Assembly (NCBI GenBank): GCA_963631395.1
Contig: CAVGQN010000007.1
Location: 165-64,164, forward strand
Origin: a bacterium
GTDB lineage: Bacteria > Bacteroidota > Bacteroidia > Bacteroidales > UBA3663
Reading direction: 5' to 3'
DNA length: 64,000 bases
Shown: piece after piece, positions 29,331-40,442 of the stretch
Position numbering within the stretch: position 1 is the first letter of the stretch
Layout of the letters: each line of letters opens with the position of its first letter
Notes under the pieces: generated by a model
Seen by the model: the letters and a program-made list of their open reading frames with translations, nothing else
What the model was told of the DNA's origin: nothing
The model's database searches: none
Program-made: the position numbers and the translations under genes

Positions 29331-31043
29331 TCACTTGCGATAATTGACAAGGTCTTCCGGCTGCGCATCCGATACGAAGTCGCTGTGTTTCTCGACCTCG
29401 GCTGCTGCATAGCGGACAAAGACCTTTGCGCTCTTGTCGAACAAGTCCGGACGCTTAGTCGCATCACCCAAAATCAAGATAGACATAACCGTATAAGCGG
29501 CCATCTCATAAAGATGACGGCTGCAGAAGTCCTTAAACTCGTCGTTCTTCAAGTCAACAACCTTCTGTACGGAAGCATTGTACTTGGCAGCCATCTTCTC
29601 GGCACGAGACTTCAGAGCAGCATATTCTGCTGAAATCTCTGTCTCAGCCAACAGGTCTTCGATTACCTGAGAATAGAAGCCATTGGTGACATAACGGATA
29701 GCAGCTACGGTCTGCAGCTGTGTCGTACCCTCGTAGATGGATGTGATACGGGCATCACGATACAAACGCTGACATGCATACTCGAGCATAAAGCCGGAAC
29801 CGCCGTGTATCTGAATGCAGTCGTAAGTGTTCTGGTTGGCAAACTCAGAGTTCATTCCTTTCGACAACGGAGTAAACGAATCGGCCAACTTAGAGTATTT
29901 CTTCAGTTCCTGCTTCTCCTCTGGAGTAAGTTTACGCTCACGTTCGATATCCTCAAGGCACTTATACACATCCACATAACGGGCAGTAGCATAGAGCAGC
30001 GAACGACCGGCATCCAATTTCGCTTTCATAATAGAGAGCATATCGTAGACAGCCGGGAAGTTGATAATCTCGTTACCGAACTGACGACGGTCCTTTGCAT
30101 AGGCAAGGCCCTCCTCATAGGCAGCAGCAGAGATACCTACCGACTGAGCAGCAATACCCAAACGGGCGCCGTTCATCAGAGCCATCACATACTTGATAAG
30201 TCCCAGGTTGCGGCTTCCGCAGAGTTCTGCTTTCGCATTCTTGTACACAAGTTCACAAGTCGGCGAACCGTGTATGCCGAGTTTGTTTTCGATACGACGT
30301 ACACTCACGCCCCCTTGACGCTTGTCATAGATAAACATCGAGAGTCCGCGGCCGTCCTTAGTACCTTCCTCCGAACGGGCGAGTACCAGGTGAATGTCAG
30401 AGTCGCCGTTGGTGATAAAACGCTTACAGCCATTCAGACGCCAGCAGTTCTCCTGCTCATCGAAAGTTGCCTTCAGCATCACGCTCTGCAGATCGGAACC
30501 TGCATCCGGTTCCGTGAGGTCCATAGACATGGTCTCTCCTGCACAAACGCGAGGCACATAACGGCGACGCTGGTCTTCATCACCGAACTCATACAAAGTT
30601 TCGATACAATCCTGCAGCGACCAGATATTCTCGAATCCGGCATCGGCCGTAGCTATCATCTCATTGATGACGGTATAGGCTGTACAGGGGAAATTCAGGC
30701 CATCGTAGCGACGCGGCATAGTAACGCCGCAGAGGCCGGCCTTAACCGTTGCATCGAGGTTCTCGTACGTCTTTGAAGCGTAGCGCACACGGCCATTCTC
30801 ACAATGAGGGCCTTCAGCATCCACTGCTTCTGCATTGGGAGCGATGATATTGGCGCAGATATCGCCAGTCAGTTCGCAGACACGATTGTATGAATCCATT
30901 GCATCCTCAAAGTTCTGAGGTGCATAGTCAAAGGTATCCTTATCGGCGTAATCGCGCTCTTTGAGTTCTACGATACGCTTCATCAAAGGACTATTCTCAA
31001 GCTGGAACTTAAGTTCCGGATGATCTGTATAAAAATTAGCCAT
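29331..31043 (-). CDS. Acyl-CoA dehydrogenase family protein (long 570-aa form)
   Basis: Track ORF with ACAD middle and C-terminal domain motifs. Immediately downstream of etfBA on the - strand (etfB-etfA-acd order). Confidence 0.88.
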   Translation of the reverse strand: MANFYTDHPELKFQLENSPLMKRIVELKERDYADKDTFDYAPQNFEDAMDSYNRVCELTGDICANIIAPNAEAVDAEGPHCENGRVRYASKTYENLDATVKAGLCGVTMPRRYDGLNFPCTAYTVINEMIATADAGFENIWSLQDCIETLYEFGDEDQRRRYVPRVCAGETMSMDLTEPDAGSDLQSVMLKATFDEQENCWRLNGCKRFITNGDSDIHLVLARSEEGTKDGRGLSMFIYDKRQGGVSVRRIENKLGIHGSPTCELVYKNAKAELCGSRNLGLIKYVMALMNGARLGIAAQSVGISAAAYEEGLAYAKDRRQFGNEIINFPAVYDMLSIMKAKLDAGRSLLYATARYVDVYKCLEDIERERKLTPEEKQELKKYSKLADSFTPLSKGMNSEFANQNTYDCIQIHGGSGFMLEYACQRLYRDARITSIYEGTTQLQTVAAIRYVTNGFYSQVIEDLLAETEISAEYAALKSRAEKMAAKYNASVQKVVDLKNDEFKDFCSRHLYEMAAYTVMSILILGDATKRPDLFDKSAKVFVRYAAAEVEKHSDFVSDAQPEDLVNYRK

Positions 31044-31061
31044 AGTTTTCGGGAATCAAGT

Positions 31062-32105
31062 TTACTTGGAGTTCTTCTTGTAGTACTTAATCATCTTGGG
31101 GATGACCTCCTCGACGGTTCCATTGATGACATAGTCGGCAATGGCATTAATCGGAGCATTCGGGTCGCTGTTGATGGAAATGATGATTCCAGACTCCTGC
31201 ATACCGGCGATGTGCTGTATCTGACCGGAAATACCGCAAGCGATATAGACCTTAGGACGCACGGTGACACCCGTTTGGCCTATCTGTCGGTCATGGTCTA
31301 CGAAACCGGCATCGACGGCAGCACGCGAAGCACCAACCTCGGCATGCAGTTCTTTAGCCAAGTCAAAAAGCATGTCGAAGTTCTCCTTCGAGCCCATACC
31401 GTAACCGCCGGAAACAACTATTGCAGCACCTTTCAGGTTGTGCTTGGCCTTTTCTACATGGCGATCGATAACCTTTACGACATATTCTGTCTCAGGCACA
31501 TACTTGGCGACATCGTGTTTGATGACCTCTCCCTTATAGTTCGGGTCCAACACTTCTTTCTTCATGACGCCCTCTCGCACAGTAGCCATTTGCGGACGAT
31601 GCTCCGGATTGACGATGGTAGCCACGATATTGCCTCCGAAAGCAGGACGAATCTGATAGAGTTTGTTGTCGTAGTGCTTACGAATGGGTTTCTTCTCCTC
31701 GTCAAAGCCGACATTCATATCAAAGTCGCCAATCTCCAGTTCCGTGCAGTCGGCGGTCAGACCGCTAAACAAGGCAGAAGAGACACGCGGACCGAGATCA
31801 CGGCCGATGACGGTAGCTCCCATCAGGCAAATCTGCGGGTCTTCCTCCTTAAACAGATTGACCAGGATTGCCGTGTGGGGGTTGGAAGTATAGGGGAAGA
31901 GACCCGGGGCGTCGAACACATGTACTTTGTCCACGCCATAAGGCATTACCTGCTTCTCGATGCCGTCCAGATTAGATCCGGCACAAATGCACTCAAGTTG
32001 GGCACCAAGGGTATTGGCCAACTTGCGGCCCTTGGTCAGAAGCTCTAGAGAGACATCCTTTACGGTTGTACCCTCAATCTCGCAATATACAAATACGTTG
32101 TTCAT
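31062..32105 (-). CDS. etfA: Electron transfer flavoprotein subunit alpha (EtfA/FixB)
   Basis: Track ORF of 347 aa with the C-terminal FAD-binding region (YIACGISGQIQHIAGM). Confidence 0.92.
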   Translation of the reverse strand: MNNVFVYCEIEGTTVKDVSLELLTKGRKLANTLGAQLECICAGSNLDGIEKQVMPYGVDKVHVFDAPGLFPYTSNPHTAILVNLFKEEDPQICLMGATVIGRDLGPRVSSALFSGLTADCTELEIGDFDMNVGFDEEKKPIRKHYDNKLYQIRPAFGGNIVATIVNPEHRPQMATVREGVMKKEVLDPNYKGEVIKHDVAKYVPETEYVVKVIDRHVEKAKHNLKGAAIVVSGGYGMGSKENFDMLFDLAKELHAEVGASRAAVDAGFVDHDRQIGQTGVTVRPKVYIACGISGQIQHIAGMQESGIIISINSDPNAPINAIADYVINGTVEEVIPKMIKYYKKNSK

Positions 32106-32140
32106 AATGTACGATTTCCTTTTTACGATTTACGATTGGG

Positions 32141-33022
32141 TTAACCGATAATCTTTTCGTTCAACAATTCGACAATCAAATTCTCGACATCAGCATCACT
32201 GCCCGTCATCGTACGGCTCTCTTTGGCCTTGAAGACAATATTCTGAACCGTTTTGACATTGGTCGGCGAACCGGTTTTGCCCACTTGCTTCATATCGGCA
32301 TTGATGTCGGCAGCACCCCACTGGGTAATATTCAGGTAAGACTTATCGACATTGGCAGCGGCAATCTCTTCGGCCTTGTCAGCAGGGCGTTCGGCTGGAG
32401 CTGTTGCATTTTTGTACTTCATGACACGCTTTGCATTGCGCGGACGGCATGGAGCAGCCGAGCCATTGACTGTGACGACCAGCGGCAGGGGCGCTTCAAC
32501 CGTCTCCACACCTCCGTCAATATGACGCTTGATGACTATCTTGCGGGCCTTCTCATCGAGGGAGAGAATCTCCTCGGCATAAGTCACTTGGGTCAGGCCG
32601 AGTTTTTCAGCTATCTGCGGACCTACCTGGGCCGTATCTCCATCGATGGCCTGACGACCGCCGAGGATGATGTCATAGTTGCCTATCTTACGGATGGCCT
32701 GGCTGATAGTGTAGGATGTGGCCAATGTATCGGCGCCGCCCAAACAGCGGTCGGTGATAACATAACCGGCATCAGCGCCACGGAAAAGCGACTCGCGGAT
32801 TACTTCGGCCGACTTCGGGAGTCCCATAGTCACTACCGAAACCGTAGAGCCGGGGAACTGTTCCTTCAGGCGGAGTGCCTGCTCGAGTGCATTGAGGTCC
32901 TCTGGATTGAAGACGGCTGGAAGTGCAGCACGGTTGACGGTGCCTTCCGGAGTCATTGCATCAGGACCCACATTGCGTGTGTCAGGTACCTGCTTGGCAA
33001 GTACGATAATGTTCAATGCCAT
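32141..33022 (-). CDS. etfB: Electron transfer flavoprotein subunit beta (EtfB/FixA)
   Basis: The track ORF is over-extended to 33154. The ATG at 33022 gives MALNIIVLAKQVPDTRNV, the typical EtfB N-terminus. Confidence 0.9.
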   Translation of the reverse strand: MALNIIVLAKQVPDTRNVGPDAMTPEGTVNRAALPAVFNPEDLNALEQALRLKEQFPGSTVSVVTMGLPKSAEVIRESLFRGADAGYVITDRCLGGADTLATSYTISQAIRKIGNYDIILGGRQAIDGDTAQVGPQIAEKLGLTQVTYAEEILSLDEKARKIVIKRHIDGGVETVEAPLPLVVTVNGSAAPCRPRNAKRVMKYKNATAPAERPADKAEEIAAANVDKSYLNITQWGAADINADMKQVGKTGSPTNVKTVQNIVFKAKESRTMTGSDADVENLIVELLNEKIIG

Positions 33023-33060
33023 AAACTTATTATTGTTTTTTAGATTATAACTTTCTGTGG

Positions 33061-33091
33061 CAAAGGTAGACATTATTTTCTTGTCGGCAAA
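33061..33091 (-). promoter_or_regulatory. Bacteroidetes-type promoter for etfB-etfA-acd
   Basis: On the - strand, TTTG at 33091-33088, a 19-nt spacer, then TACCTTTG at 33068-33061. It lies 39 nt upstream of the etfB ATG. Confidence 0.5.
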
Positions 33092-33278
33092 ACAAAACAA
33101 AAACGAAAAACGAAATTCAGACTTTGAAATGATAAAAAAAACAGATAATAGCACTTAAAGTTTGCACATAATTCAAAAAAGTGTGCGTCGTTTTTAGAAT
33201 ATATATGGGAAAGAAACGAAGAAGGCAGACACTCTTTTTTTGCGAGTATCTGTCTTCTTGTTCTCTTTTTCAAGAAGT

Positions 33279-33320
33279 GAACCTATCAGGCTCAAACGGA
33301 GAACCCGTCAGGTTCAAAAG
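33279..33320. repeat. Two tandem 22-nt units just downstream of the asd stop
   Basis: GAACCTATCAGGCTCAAACG at 33279-33298 and GAACCCGTCAGGTTCAAAAG at 33301-33320. The period is exactly 22 nt. Confidence 0.55.
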
Positions 33321-33344
33321 GGAATGTCCATCAGAGGAAGCGCC

Positions 33345-34364
33345 TTATCGCTTCAAGCCATTGTTGGCAATCAACCACTCTCCTATCTGGACGGCATTAA
33401 GAGCGGCGCCCTTACGGATTTGATCGCCTGTCAGCCAAAGCGTATTGCCATTGTCATCGGCAAGGTCCTTGCGCACACGTCCTACGAAGACATCATCCTT
33501 TCCGGCGCTGTCGATAGGCATCGGGTAGACATAATTCTGAGGATCATCGACCAAAGTAACACCGGGAGCAGCAGACAAAGCCTTGCGGATTTCCTCGACA
33601 CTCAGAGGACGCTCTGTCTCGAACCATACACTCTCGGAGTGTGAGCGCAGTGAAGACACGCGGACGCAGGTTGCAGACGTACGAACGTCGCTATGCATGA
33701 TTTTGCGTGTTTCATTAAACATCTTCATCTCCTCCTTCGTATAGTCGTTTTCCGTCATTTTGTCTATCTGCGGAATAACATTGTAAGCCAGCTGGTGAGG
33801 GAATTTGTTGATGGTCTCGACCTTGCCGGTCTCAACGATTTCCTTGTACTGCTGCTGGAGTTCGGCCATAGCTGCAGCACCGGCACCTGAGGCGCTCTGA
33901 TAAGAAGAGATATGAATCTTGCGGATATGACTAAGCTGTTCGATGGGCTTCAAGACTACAACCATCATGATGGTCGTACAGTTCGGGTTAGAGATGATTC
34001 CCTTAGGACGGTCGAGAGCATCGGCAGCATTGCACTCAGGCACGACCAACGGCACATCGGGGTCCATACGAAAAGCACTGGAGTTGTCAATCATGACAGC
34101 GCCGTACTTTGTAATATCAGCGGCAAACTCCTTGCTGGCATCACCACCGGCAGAGGTAAATGCGATATCCACGCCCTTAAAGTCCTCCGGATTGTGTGTC
34201 AGTTCCTTGACAACAATTTCTTTTCCCTTGAAGTTGTAGGTACGGCCTGCGCTACGCGAAGAACCGAACAACAGCAGTTCGTCAATAGGAAAATTACGCT
34301 CATCGAGCACACGGAGAAACTCCTGGCCTACGGCTCCGGAGGCACCAACAATTGCTACTTTCAT
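33345..34364 (-). CDS. asd: Aspartate-semialdehyde dehydrogenase
   Basis: Track ORF of 339 aa. [20 protein letters not shown] ... NPNCTTI. Confidence 0.94.
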   Translation of the reverse strand: MKVAIVGASGAVGQEFLRVLDERNFPIDELLLFGSSRSAGRTYNFKGKEIVVKELTHNPEDFKGVDIAFTSAGGDASKEFAADITKYGAVMIDNSSAFRMDPDVPLVVPECNAADALDRPKGIISNPNCTTIMMVVVLKPIEQLSHIRKIHISSYQSASGAGAAAMAELQQQYKEIVETGKVETINKFPHQLAYNVIPQIDKMTENDYTKEEMKMFNETRKIMHSDVRTSATCVRVSSLRSHSESVWFETERPLSVEEIRKALSAAPGVTLVDDPQNYVYPMPIDSAGKDDVFVGRVRKDLADDNGNTLWLTGDQIRKGAALNAVQIGEWLIANNGLKR

Positions 34365-34510
34365 TGTTTACTATTTAATAGTGAATAAAATCTACGTTAT
34401 GCGAGGCACAAAGATAAGCAAAAAGTTCAGAAGAACGACCAAATAGTCAACCAAACAGCGATTCTTCTATCAAAAATCTCCAAGAAGCGACTTGTTTTGG
34501 AAAGGAGGCA

Positions 34511-36688
34511 TTACACATTCTTCATACTCAATGACAATCTGCCACGTTTCAAGTCCACGCTCTTGACCCTGACTTTCACTTGCTGGTGAAGCGATACAAT
34601 CGAATTGGGGTCTTTGACAAAGCAATCAGCCATCTCCGACACATGTACCAGACCTTGTGTATGCACACCGATATCGACAAATGCGCCGAAGTTGGTTACG
34701 TTGGTGACTATACCCGGCAAAATCATACCTTCCTGCACATCCTCGAGCGTCCGCACCTCTTGGCTGAAACTGAACTCCTCCAGTGGTTCGCGGGGGTCAC
34801 GGCCAGGCTTGGCTAGCTCGCTGAATATATCCTGCAGCGTAGGCAAACCGAGCGACATTCCGGTTTTGTCGGAGGCAGTCACATAGCGTTGCAGTTCCAC
34901 CTTGTCGCGCAAGGTCTTACCCTTCTCTCCTATCAAATCCGAGACAGAGCAGCCCAAGTCTTCAGACACCCTCTCGACCACCCAATATGACTCGGGGTGA
35001 ACTGCACTATTGTCCAAAGGATTCGGTCCGTTGCTGATACGGAGGAAACCTGCAGCCTGCTGAAAAGCCTTGGCTCCCATACGCGGCACATCCTTCAGGT
35101 CCTCGCGAGTATGAAATGCTCCATGCTCCTCTCTGTAATCCACAATATTCTGGGCCAAAGCAGGTCCTAGGCCCGATACATAGGTAAGCAGGTGCTTCGA
35201 GGCAGTATTCACATTTACGCCGACCTTGTTTACGCAGCTCTCAACCGTCAGGTCCAAACTGTGTTTCAAGGCCGTTTGGTTGACATCCTTTTGGTATTGG
35301 CCGACGCCGATGGAATTCGGGTCAATCTTCACCAGTTCAGCCAGCGGATCCATCAACCGGCGACCAATAGAGACAGCGCCCCTTACGGTCACATCCTCGT
35401 CCGGGAACTCTTCACGGGCGACCTTCGAAGCCGAATAGATAGAAGCGCCGTCCTCGCTCACCACAAAGACTTTCACCCTGTGTTGGGTCACGCAATCCAG
35501 GCCTCTTACGAACTCTTCGGTCTCGCGGCTTGCCGTTCCGTTGCCGATAGAGATTGCTTCAATACCATATTTTTTCACGAGTTCCTCCATCGTATCCACG
35601 GCATCGACAAAGCGGCTCTTGGGCGGATGCGGATAGATTACGTCATGGTGCAGCAGATTACCCTCAGCATCCAGGCAGACTACCTTGCAACCCGTTCGGA
35701 ATCCAGGGTCGAGCGCCAACACCCGTTTTTGGCCCAGAGGCGGTGACATCAACAGTTGCTCCAGGTTACGGACGAAGATACGTATGGCTTCCTCGTCGGC
35801 CTTCTCCTTCGAACTCTGCGCGAATTCAGTCTCTATCGAAGGTTTCAGCAGGCGCTTGAACCCGTCAGCGACAGCTTCGGCCACTAACTTGCCGGCCTCG
35901 CTTCCGTTGTGCACATACTGGCGGTTCAGGCGCTCCATACAGACGGCATCGTCACCCTCTATATTTACCCGCAAGAATCCTTCTGCCTCACCTCTACGCA
36001 TGGCAAGCAGACGATGCGAAGCGCACCGGGACAGTTTCTCCTTAAAGTCGAAATAGTCCCTATATTTCTGGGCCTCCTCTTCCTTGTCCTTTACCACCTT
36101 GCTGCGGATGGTTGCATCGAACCCGAAGTTGCGGCGCACGATGCCACGCGACTGTTCGTTCTCGGAGATGGCCTCCGCAATGATATCCTGTGCTCCGGCG
36201 ATGGCCTCTTCCTGCGTCTGCACGCCTTTAGCTTGGTCGACATAATGGCCCACCTGCATACCGACAGGCATATCAGAACGGGACATTGCGGCCTGAGCGA
36301 GAAGAAACTGTGCGAAAGGCTCCAGTCCCTTTTCCTTGGCTATTTGCGCACGCGTTCGGCGTTTGGGCCGATACGGCAAGTAGATATCCTCCAGTTCCGT
36401 TGGGTTCCAGTTGTCTTCGATACGCTTGCGCAGTTCGTCGGTAAGTTTGCCTTGCTCTTCGATGGTTCGCAGGATAGTATCTTTCCTCTTCTCGATTTCG
36501 TCCAGTCTGTCACGCTGGTCGGCGATATCGGCTATCTGCACCTCGTTCAGTCCGCCCGTTGCCTCTTTGCGATAGCGGCTGATAAACGGTATGGTACAGC
36601 CATCGGCAAGCAGGCCGAGAGTTGCTTCGACCTGCTTGTATGGTATATTGAGCGTATTGCTGATTAGAGTGGCGAACAAGTTGTTCAT
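34511..36688 (-). CDS. tex: Tex-like transcription accessory protein (S1 RNA-binding domain at the C-terminus)
   Basis: The track ORF is over-extended to 36874. The ATG at 36688 gives MNNLFATLISNTLNIPYKQVEATLGLLADGCTIPFISRYRKEATGGL, the canonical Tex N-terminus. Confidence 0.9.
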   Translation of the reverse strand: MNNLFATLISNTLNIPYKQVEATLGLLADGCTIPFISRYRKEATGGLNEVQIADIADQRDRLDEIEKRKDTILRTIEEQGKLTDELRKRIEDNWNPTELEDIYLPYRPKRRTRAQIAKEKGLEPFAQFLLAQAAMSRSDMPVGMQVGHYVDQAKGVQTQEEAIAGAQDIIAEAISENEQSRGIVRRNFGFDATIRSKVVKDKEEEAQKYRDYFDFKEKLSRCASHRLLAMRRGEAEGFLRVNIEGDDAVCMERLNRQYVHNGSEAGKLVAEAVADGFKRLLKPSIETEFAQSSKEKADEEAIRIFVRNLEQLLMSPPLGQKRVLALDPGFRTGCKVVCLDAEGNLLHHDVIYPHPPKSRFVDAVDTMEELVKKYGIEAISIGNGTASRETEEFVRGLDCVTQHRVKVFVVSEDGASIYSASKVAREEFPDEDVTVRGAVSIGRRLMDPLAELVKIDPNSIGVGQYQKDVNQTALKHSLDLTVESCVNKVGVNVNTASKHLLTYVSGLGPALAQNIVDYREEHGAFHTREDLKDVPRMGAKAFQQAAGFLRISNGPNPLDNSAVHPESYWVVERVSEDLGCSVSDLIGEKGKTLRDKVELQRYVTASDKTGMSLGLPTLQDIFSELAKPGRDPREPLEEFSFSQEVRTLEDVQEGMILPGIVTNVTNFGAFVDIGVHTQGLVHVSEMADCFVKDPNSIVSLHQQVKVRVKSVDLKRGRLSLSMKNV

Positions 36689-36737
36689 GGTAAATGAATG
36701 GGTATTTATTTCTGAATGCGTCACTTGAGAACGTTCA

Positions 36738-38048
36738 TCACTGATGGTTACGGTGGAAGATTCCGATGCGCTCCTCGAACAGCTTCTCCTGCTCCGGTTT
36801 GAAGAACGAAGTGCAGACACGGACACCCTGCTCATGGCTTCCCATCGTATCCAGCGGATAGACAGAGATGCCATAGTACATCAGTTCCTTGGTAAGTTGG
36901 AGGTCCGTCATACCGGGATACTGAACCGTAAAGTAGAAGCCGTCGGCCAAAGGTTCGCCCATATCGTTGTCATAGACAAGGTAGAATCCGTTGTTGAGCA
37001 ACACCTTCTTCATAAAAGCGGCACGTCGGCCATACTCGCGCACCTGACCCACAAAGTTGTACCGACCGTCACAGGCGGCTTCCATCATGGCAGCCATAGC
37101 GTGCTGGACACTGTGACAACAGCCCGAACTCAACGTGTAGATGACACGCGCATCAAGGAAACGGCCGAACTCGCCTACGCCGAACATCTCCTGCAGCGGC
37201 TTGTACACCCGATTGTAAAGTGCATCGCTAATGCAGCAGACGCCAATACGCTGGCCGGCATACGAGAATGCCTTCGAACCGGAGATGGTCATGACATAGT
37301 TGTCGGTATAACGGGCCACCGTAGCCTGATACGGAGCCTGGAACGGATGGGACAAGTCGCGGCGGAAGTCCATAGCGAAATAAGCCAGGTCCTCCAGCAC
37401 GATGACATCATACCGCGTGGCCAACTGGCCGATGCCTTTCAGTTCTTCGTCCGTAAAGCACACCCACGACGGGTTGTTGGGATTGGAGTAGACAATACCG
37501 GCAATGTTGCCACCGCTCATGATTTCGTCCAGTTTGGCAATAAGTGCCTCGCCGCGATAATCATGGATATCCAAGCCCATCGTCTTCAGTCCGATGACCT
37601 TGCACTGATCGGTCTGCACCGGGAATCCGGGATGAATAAACAAAATCGTATCCTTGTCGGGGCAAGCCAGATGAAGGGTAGTGAATACCGCAAATGTGCC
37701 TTGCATCGAACCTACCGTAGCGATGCATCCTTGAGGTTTGAGGTCAATGCCGATAAAAGCCTTGACAAAGTTGGAGGCAGCATTCTTCAACCGGTCGATA
37801 CCTGCATTGGGCGGATAGATAGCCGCGCAACCCTCGTCGAGAGCTTTCTTCTCGGCATCAATACCGATTTGCGAAGGTTTCAAGCCCGGTACACCCATCT
37901 CTAGATGGATAAAAGGCTGGCCCGTCTTTTGTTCGAGGATTTTACTGAGCGTCGCGATGTCGCGTATAGTCGCCCTGCTGAAATCGCCGAGGCGCATCGA
38001 ATCGATGGCCTCAGTGACGGTATTGTAATCCAATGGTGTCTGCATCAT
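36738..38048 (-). CDS. PLP-dependent aminotransferase, class I/II fold
   Basis: Track ORF of 436 aa. It contains a SGSKAFSYAGQR lysine motif and sits last in the ior/paaK gene string. Confidence 0.85.
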   Translation of the reverse strand: MMQTPLDYNTVTEAIDSMRLGDFSRATIRDIATLSKILEQKTGQPFIHLEMGVPGLKPSQIGIDAEKKALDEGCAAIYPPNAGIDRLKNAASNFVKAFIGIDLKPQGCIATVGSMQGTFAVFTTLHLACPDKDTILFIHPGFPVQTDQCKVIGLKTMGLDIHDYRGEALIAKLDEIMSGGNIAGIVYSNPNNPSWVCFTDEELKGIGQLATRYDVIVLEDLAYFAMDFRRDLSHPFQAPYQATVARYTDNYVMTISGSKAFSYAGQRIGVCCISDALYNRVYKPLQEMFGVGEFGRFLDARVIYTLSSGCCHSVQHAMAAMMEAACDGRYNFVGQVREYGRRAAFMKKVLLNNGFYLVYDNDMGEPLADGFYFTVQYPGMTDLQLTKELMYYGISVYPLDTMGSHEQGVRVCTSFFKPEQEKLFEERIGIFHRNHQ

Positions 38049-38055
38049 ATCGTCT

Positions 38056-39363
38056 TTAATCGTGGAAATTACGCAAATCCTTCACGTGCTTTGCCTTGCC
38101 GATCGAACGTTCGATGGAGCCCGGTTCCTTGATATGGATATTAGGCTTGATACCGACCAGACTTACGATGCGGTCATAGAGCGGCTTGATGAAAGGCATC
38201 TGTTTGGACGGATTGGGCGAGAAGAACTCCATACGCAGTTCGACATCCAGGTCGAACGTGTCTTCGTTGTTCTTGCGGTCGACGGTGATGAAATATTGCG
38301 GAGTGAAAGCCGGGAATTCCGTAAGCACAGTCTCAATCTGGGACGGGAAGACATTCACGCCTCTGATGATCATCATATCGTCCGAACGGCCGAGGATGCG
38401 GTCCATACGCACTGATGTACGACCACAACGACATCTGTCGTATATCAGGCGAGTCAAGTCGCGGGTACGGTAGCGAAGTATAGGCATAGACTCTTTGCAA
38501 AGGCTCGTAAACACCAGTTCGCCGAATTCGCCTGGCTTGCATGGCTCGAGAGTATCCGGATTGATAATCTCGGGGAAGAACATATCCTCCCACAGATGAG
38601 TGCCGTCCTGATACTCGCACTCGCCGCCTACACCCGGTCCGGACATCTCCGTCAGACCATAGATATCCAGGGCCTTGATGTGGAGTTTTGACTCCAGTTC
38701 CTTGCGCATGCCTTCGGTCCATGGTTCTGCGCCGAAGAAGCCCACACGGAGTTTCAGGTCTTCGATGTTAATCTTGTCGCTCTTCTCGAGCACCTCAGCA
38801 AGGCGCAATGCATACGATGGGGTGCAGCAGAGGACGGTCGTGCCGAAGTCTTTCATCACCATGATTTGCTTCTCGCTGTTACCGGCAGAAGTCGGCAGCT
38901 GCACGGCACCGCGCACATGGGCGCCATCATGAGCGCCGAGACCGCCCGTGAAGAGGCCATAGCCATACGATACCTGCACCACATCGCCAGGACCTACATC
39001 GCCGGCAGCCATCACACGGGCCACGCCCTCAGCCCAGTTGGCCAGGTCGTTGTCCGTATAGGTGCCGACCACGGGTTTGCCCGTTGTGCCGGAAGAGGCG
39101 TGAATGCGGCGCACCTCAGTCATCGGCACGCTCTGCAGGCCAAAGGGATATTCGTCGCGCAGGTCCGTCTTGGTCGTAAACGGCAGTTTGTGTATGTCTT
39201 CTATACCTTTGATGTCGGAGGGTTTGACACCCATCTTGTCCATCTTGTTGTGGTAGAACGGCACCTTGTCGTAGCACGTCTGCACCACCTTCCGGAGCCG
39301 TTCGCTCTGCAGGGCCGTCATCTCTTCGCGGCTCATGCATTCATATTTAGGATTATGAATCAT
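38056..39363 (-). CDS. paaK: Phenylacetate--CoA ligase family protein (PaaK paralog 1)
   Basis: Track ORF of 435 aa. SSGTTGKPVV, GYGLTE-like and the C-terminal PaaK domain. Confidence 0.9.
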   Translation of the reverse strand: MIHNPKYECMSREEMTALQSERLRKVVQTCYDKVPFYHNKMDKMGVKPSDIKGIEDIHKLPFTTKTDLRDEYPFGLQSVPMTEVRRIHASSGTTGKPVVGTYTDNDLANWAEGVARVMAAGDVGPGDVVQVSYGYGLFTGGLGAHDGAHVRGAVQLPTSAGNSEKQIMVMKDFGTTVLCCTPSYALRLAEVLEKSDKINIEDLKLRVGFFGAEPWTEGMRKELESKLHIKALDIYGLTEMSGPGVGGECEYQDGTHLWEDMFFPEIINPDTLEPCKPGEFGELVFTSLCKESMPILRYRTRDLTRLIYDRCRCGRTSVRMDRILGRSDDMMIIRGVNVFPSQIETVLTEFPAFTPQYFITVDRKNNEDTFDLDVELRMEFFSPNPSKQMPFIKPLYDRIVSLVGIKPNIHIKEPGSIERSIGKAKHVKDLRNFHD

Positions 39364-39481
39364 TTTTTATTTTGTTTGTTCTTTACTTGTTCAGTTCTCG
39401 CCTTGGCACATTCGTTCCTCGCCTTGACAAAAGCGGAGCAAGTCTGACCTTGCTCCTTTGTCTCCACTGCCCGACCGTCTG

Positions 39482-39895
39482 TTACATCAGGGCATCGAAC
39501 GCGAGTTCGGCTTTCTTCCGGTACGACAGCGCCGTACAGCTTGCTATCAAAGTGCCCTCCTGGTTGGAGATATGCACCTCGCAATAAGGGAGCTTGTGAT
39601 GACTGAACGTCAAGGTAGCTTCGGCCACGAGATGGTCTCCCAACTTGCCCGAATTGTGGAAGGCAATGGTGTTTTCGATGCCTACGGTCAAAAGGCCCTG
39701 GCTGTTCATCACGCCAGCCACGGCGAGGTCGGCCAAAGTAAACAAGCATCCGCCCTGACACACGCCTCCGCCATTGAGATGCCTTGTCTCGACATCCATC
39801 TCGGCCCTGGCGTAACCCTCCCGTATCTCGGTAAGCTGCATTCCGTTGGCAGCCGCCATACGGTCGTCCTTGTTCAGCAGTTCGAGGAGCGTCAT
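39482..39895 (-). CDS. PaaI-family hotdog-fold thioesterase
   Basis: Track ORF of 137 aa. LNGGGVCQGGCLFTLADLA is the PaaI/4HBT-type motif. Its start overlaps the ACT gene stop in an ATGA. Confidence 0.82.
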   Translation of the reverse strand: MTLLELLNKDDRMAAANGMQLTEIREGYARAEMDVETRHLNGGGVCQGGCLFTLADLAVAGVMNSQGLLTVGIENTIAFHNSGKLGDHLVAEATLTFSHHKLPYCEVHISNQEGTLIASCTALSYRKKAELAFDALM

Positions 39896-40332
39896 AGTGC
39901 TTTTTCCATCAAAGCCTGGATATCCGACTCGCTGGCCTCCTTCAGTTTGTTCTTGGTGATGATTTCCTGAGCCCGTTCCGTCTCGTGGACACGGAGCACG
40001 AGGATGCCTTTGCCTCCAAGCAGAAAGCTATAAAGATAGCGGACAGAGATACCGGCCTCAGAGAGGATTCCGATGGCCTGTGCAGCCATACCCGGGGCAT
40101 CGTCCACCACAAGGGCAAACACATTGGGCATCATCACATTGAACCCCGCTTCGAGCAGCGACTTGTAAGCCTGCTCGGGCTCGGTGCAGAGCACGCGATA
40201 TATTGCGAATTCCGGAGAGTCGGTCAGTGTAGAGGTTATAATCTGGTGACCGCCCTTCTTGAGCACATCGAGGACACGGACCAGCGAACCGGCCTCGTCG
40301 TCGATGAATACGGAAAGTTGTCTGATTGTCAT
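39892..40332 (-). CDS. ACT domain-containing protein (tandem ACT)
   Basis: Track ORF of 146 aa with two ACT-like beta-alpha-beta-beta-alpha-beta halves (LSVFIDDEAGSL..., ALVVDDAPGMAAQ...). Confidence 0.8.
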   Translation of the reverse strand: MTIRQLSVFIDDEAGSLVRVLDVLKKGGHQIITSTLTDSPEFAIYRVLCTEPEQAYKSLLEAGFNVMMPNVFALVVDDAPGMAAQAIGILSEAGISVRYLYSFLLGGKGILVLRVHETERAQEIITKNKLKEASESDIQALMEKAL

Positions 40333-40360
40333 ATTGCTTGATTTTGGCGTTTTTATTCCA

Positions 40361-40430
40361 TGTACAAATCTTACGGCCCGTTAAAACTCACAACCCGTTC
40401 AGGCTGCACATTCAAGTCTCGCGGCCCGTT
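40361..40430. repeat. Degenerate tandem units ending in (G/A)CCCGTT, downstream of the paaK-2 stop
   Basis: ACAAATCTTACGGCCCGTT at 40364-40382, a half unit ending ACCCGTT at 40393-40399, and CACATTCAAGTCTCGCGGCCCGTT at 40407-40430. Confidence 0.45.
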
Positions 40431-40442
40431 CTGGCTCCGGCC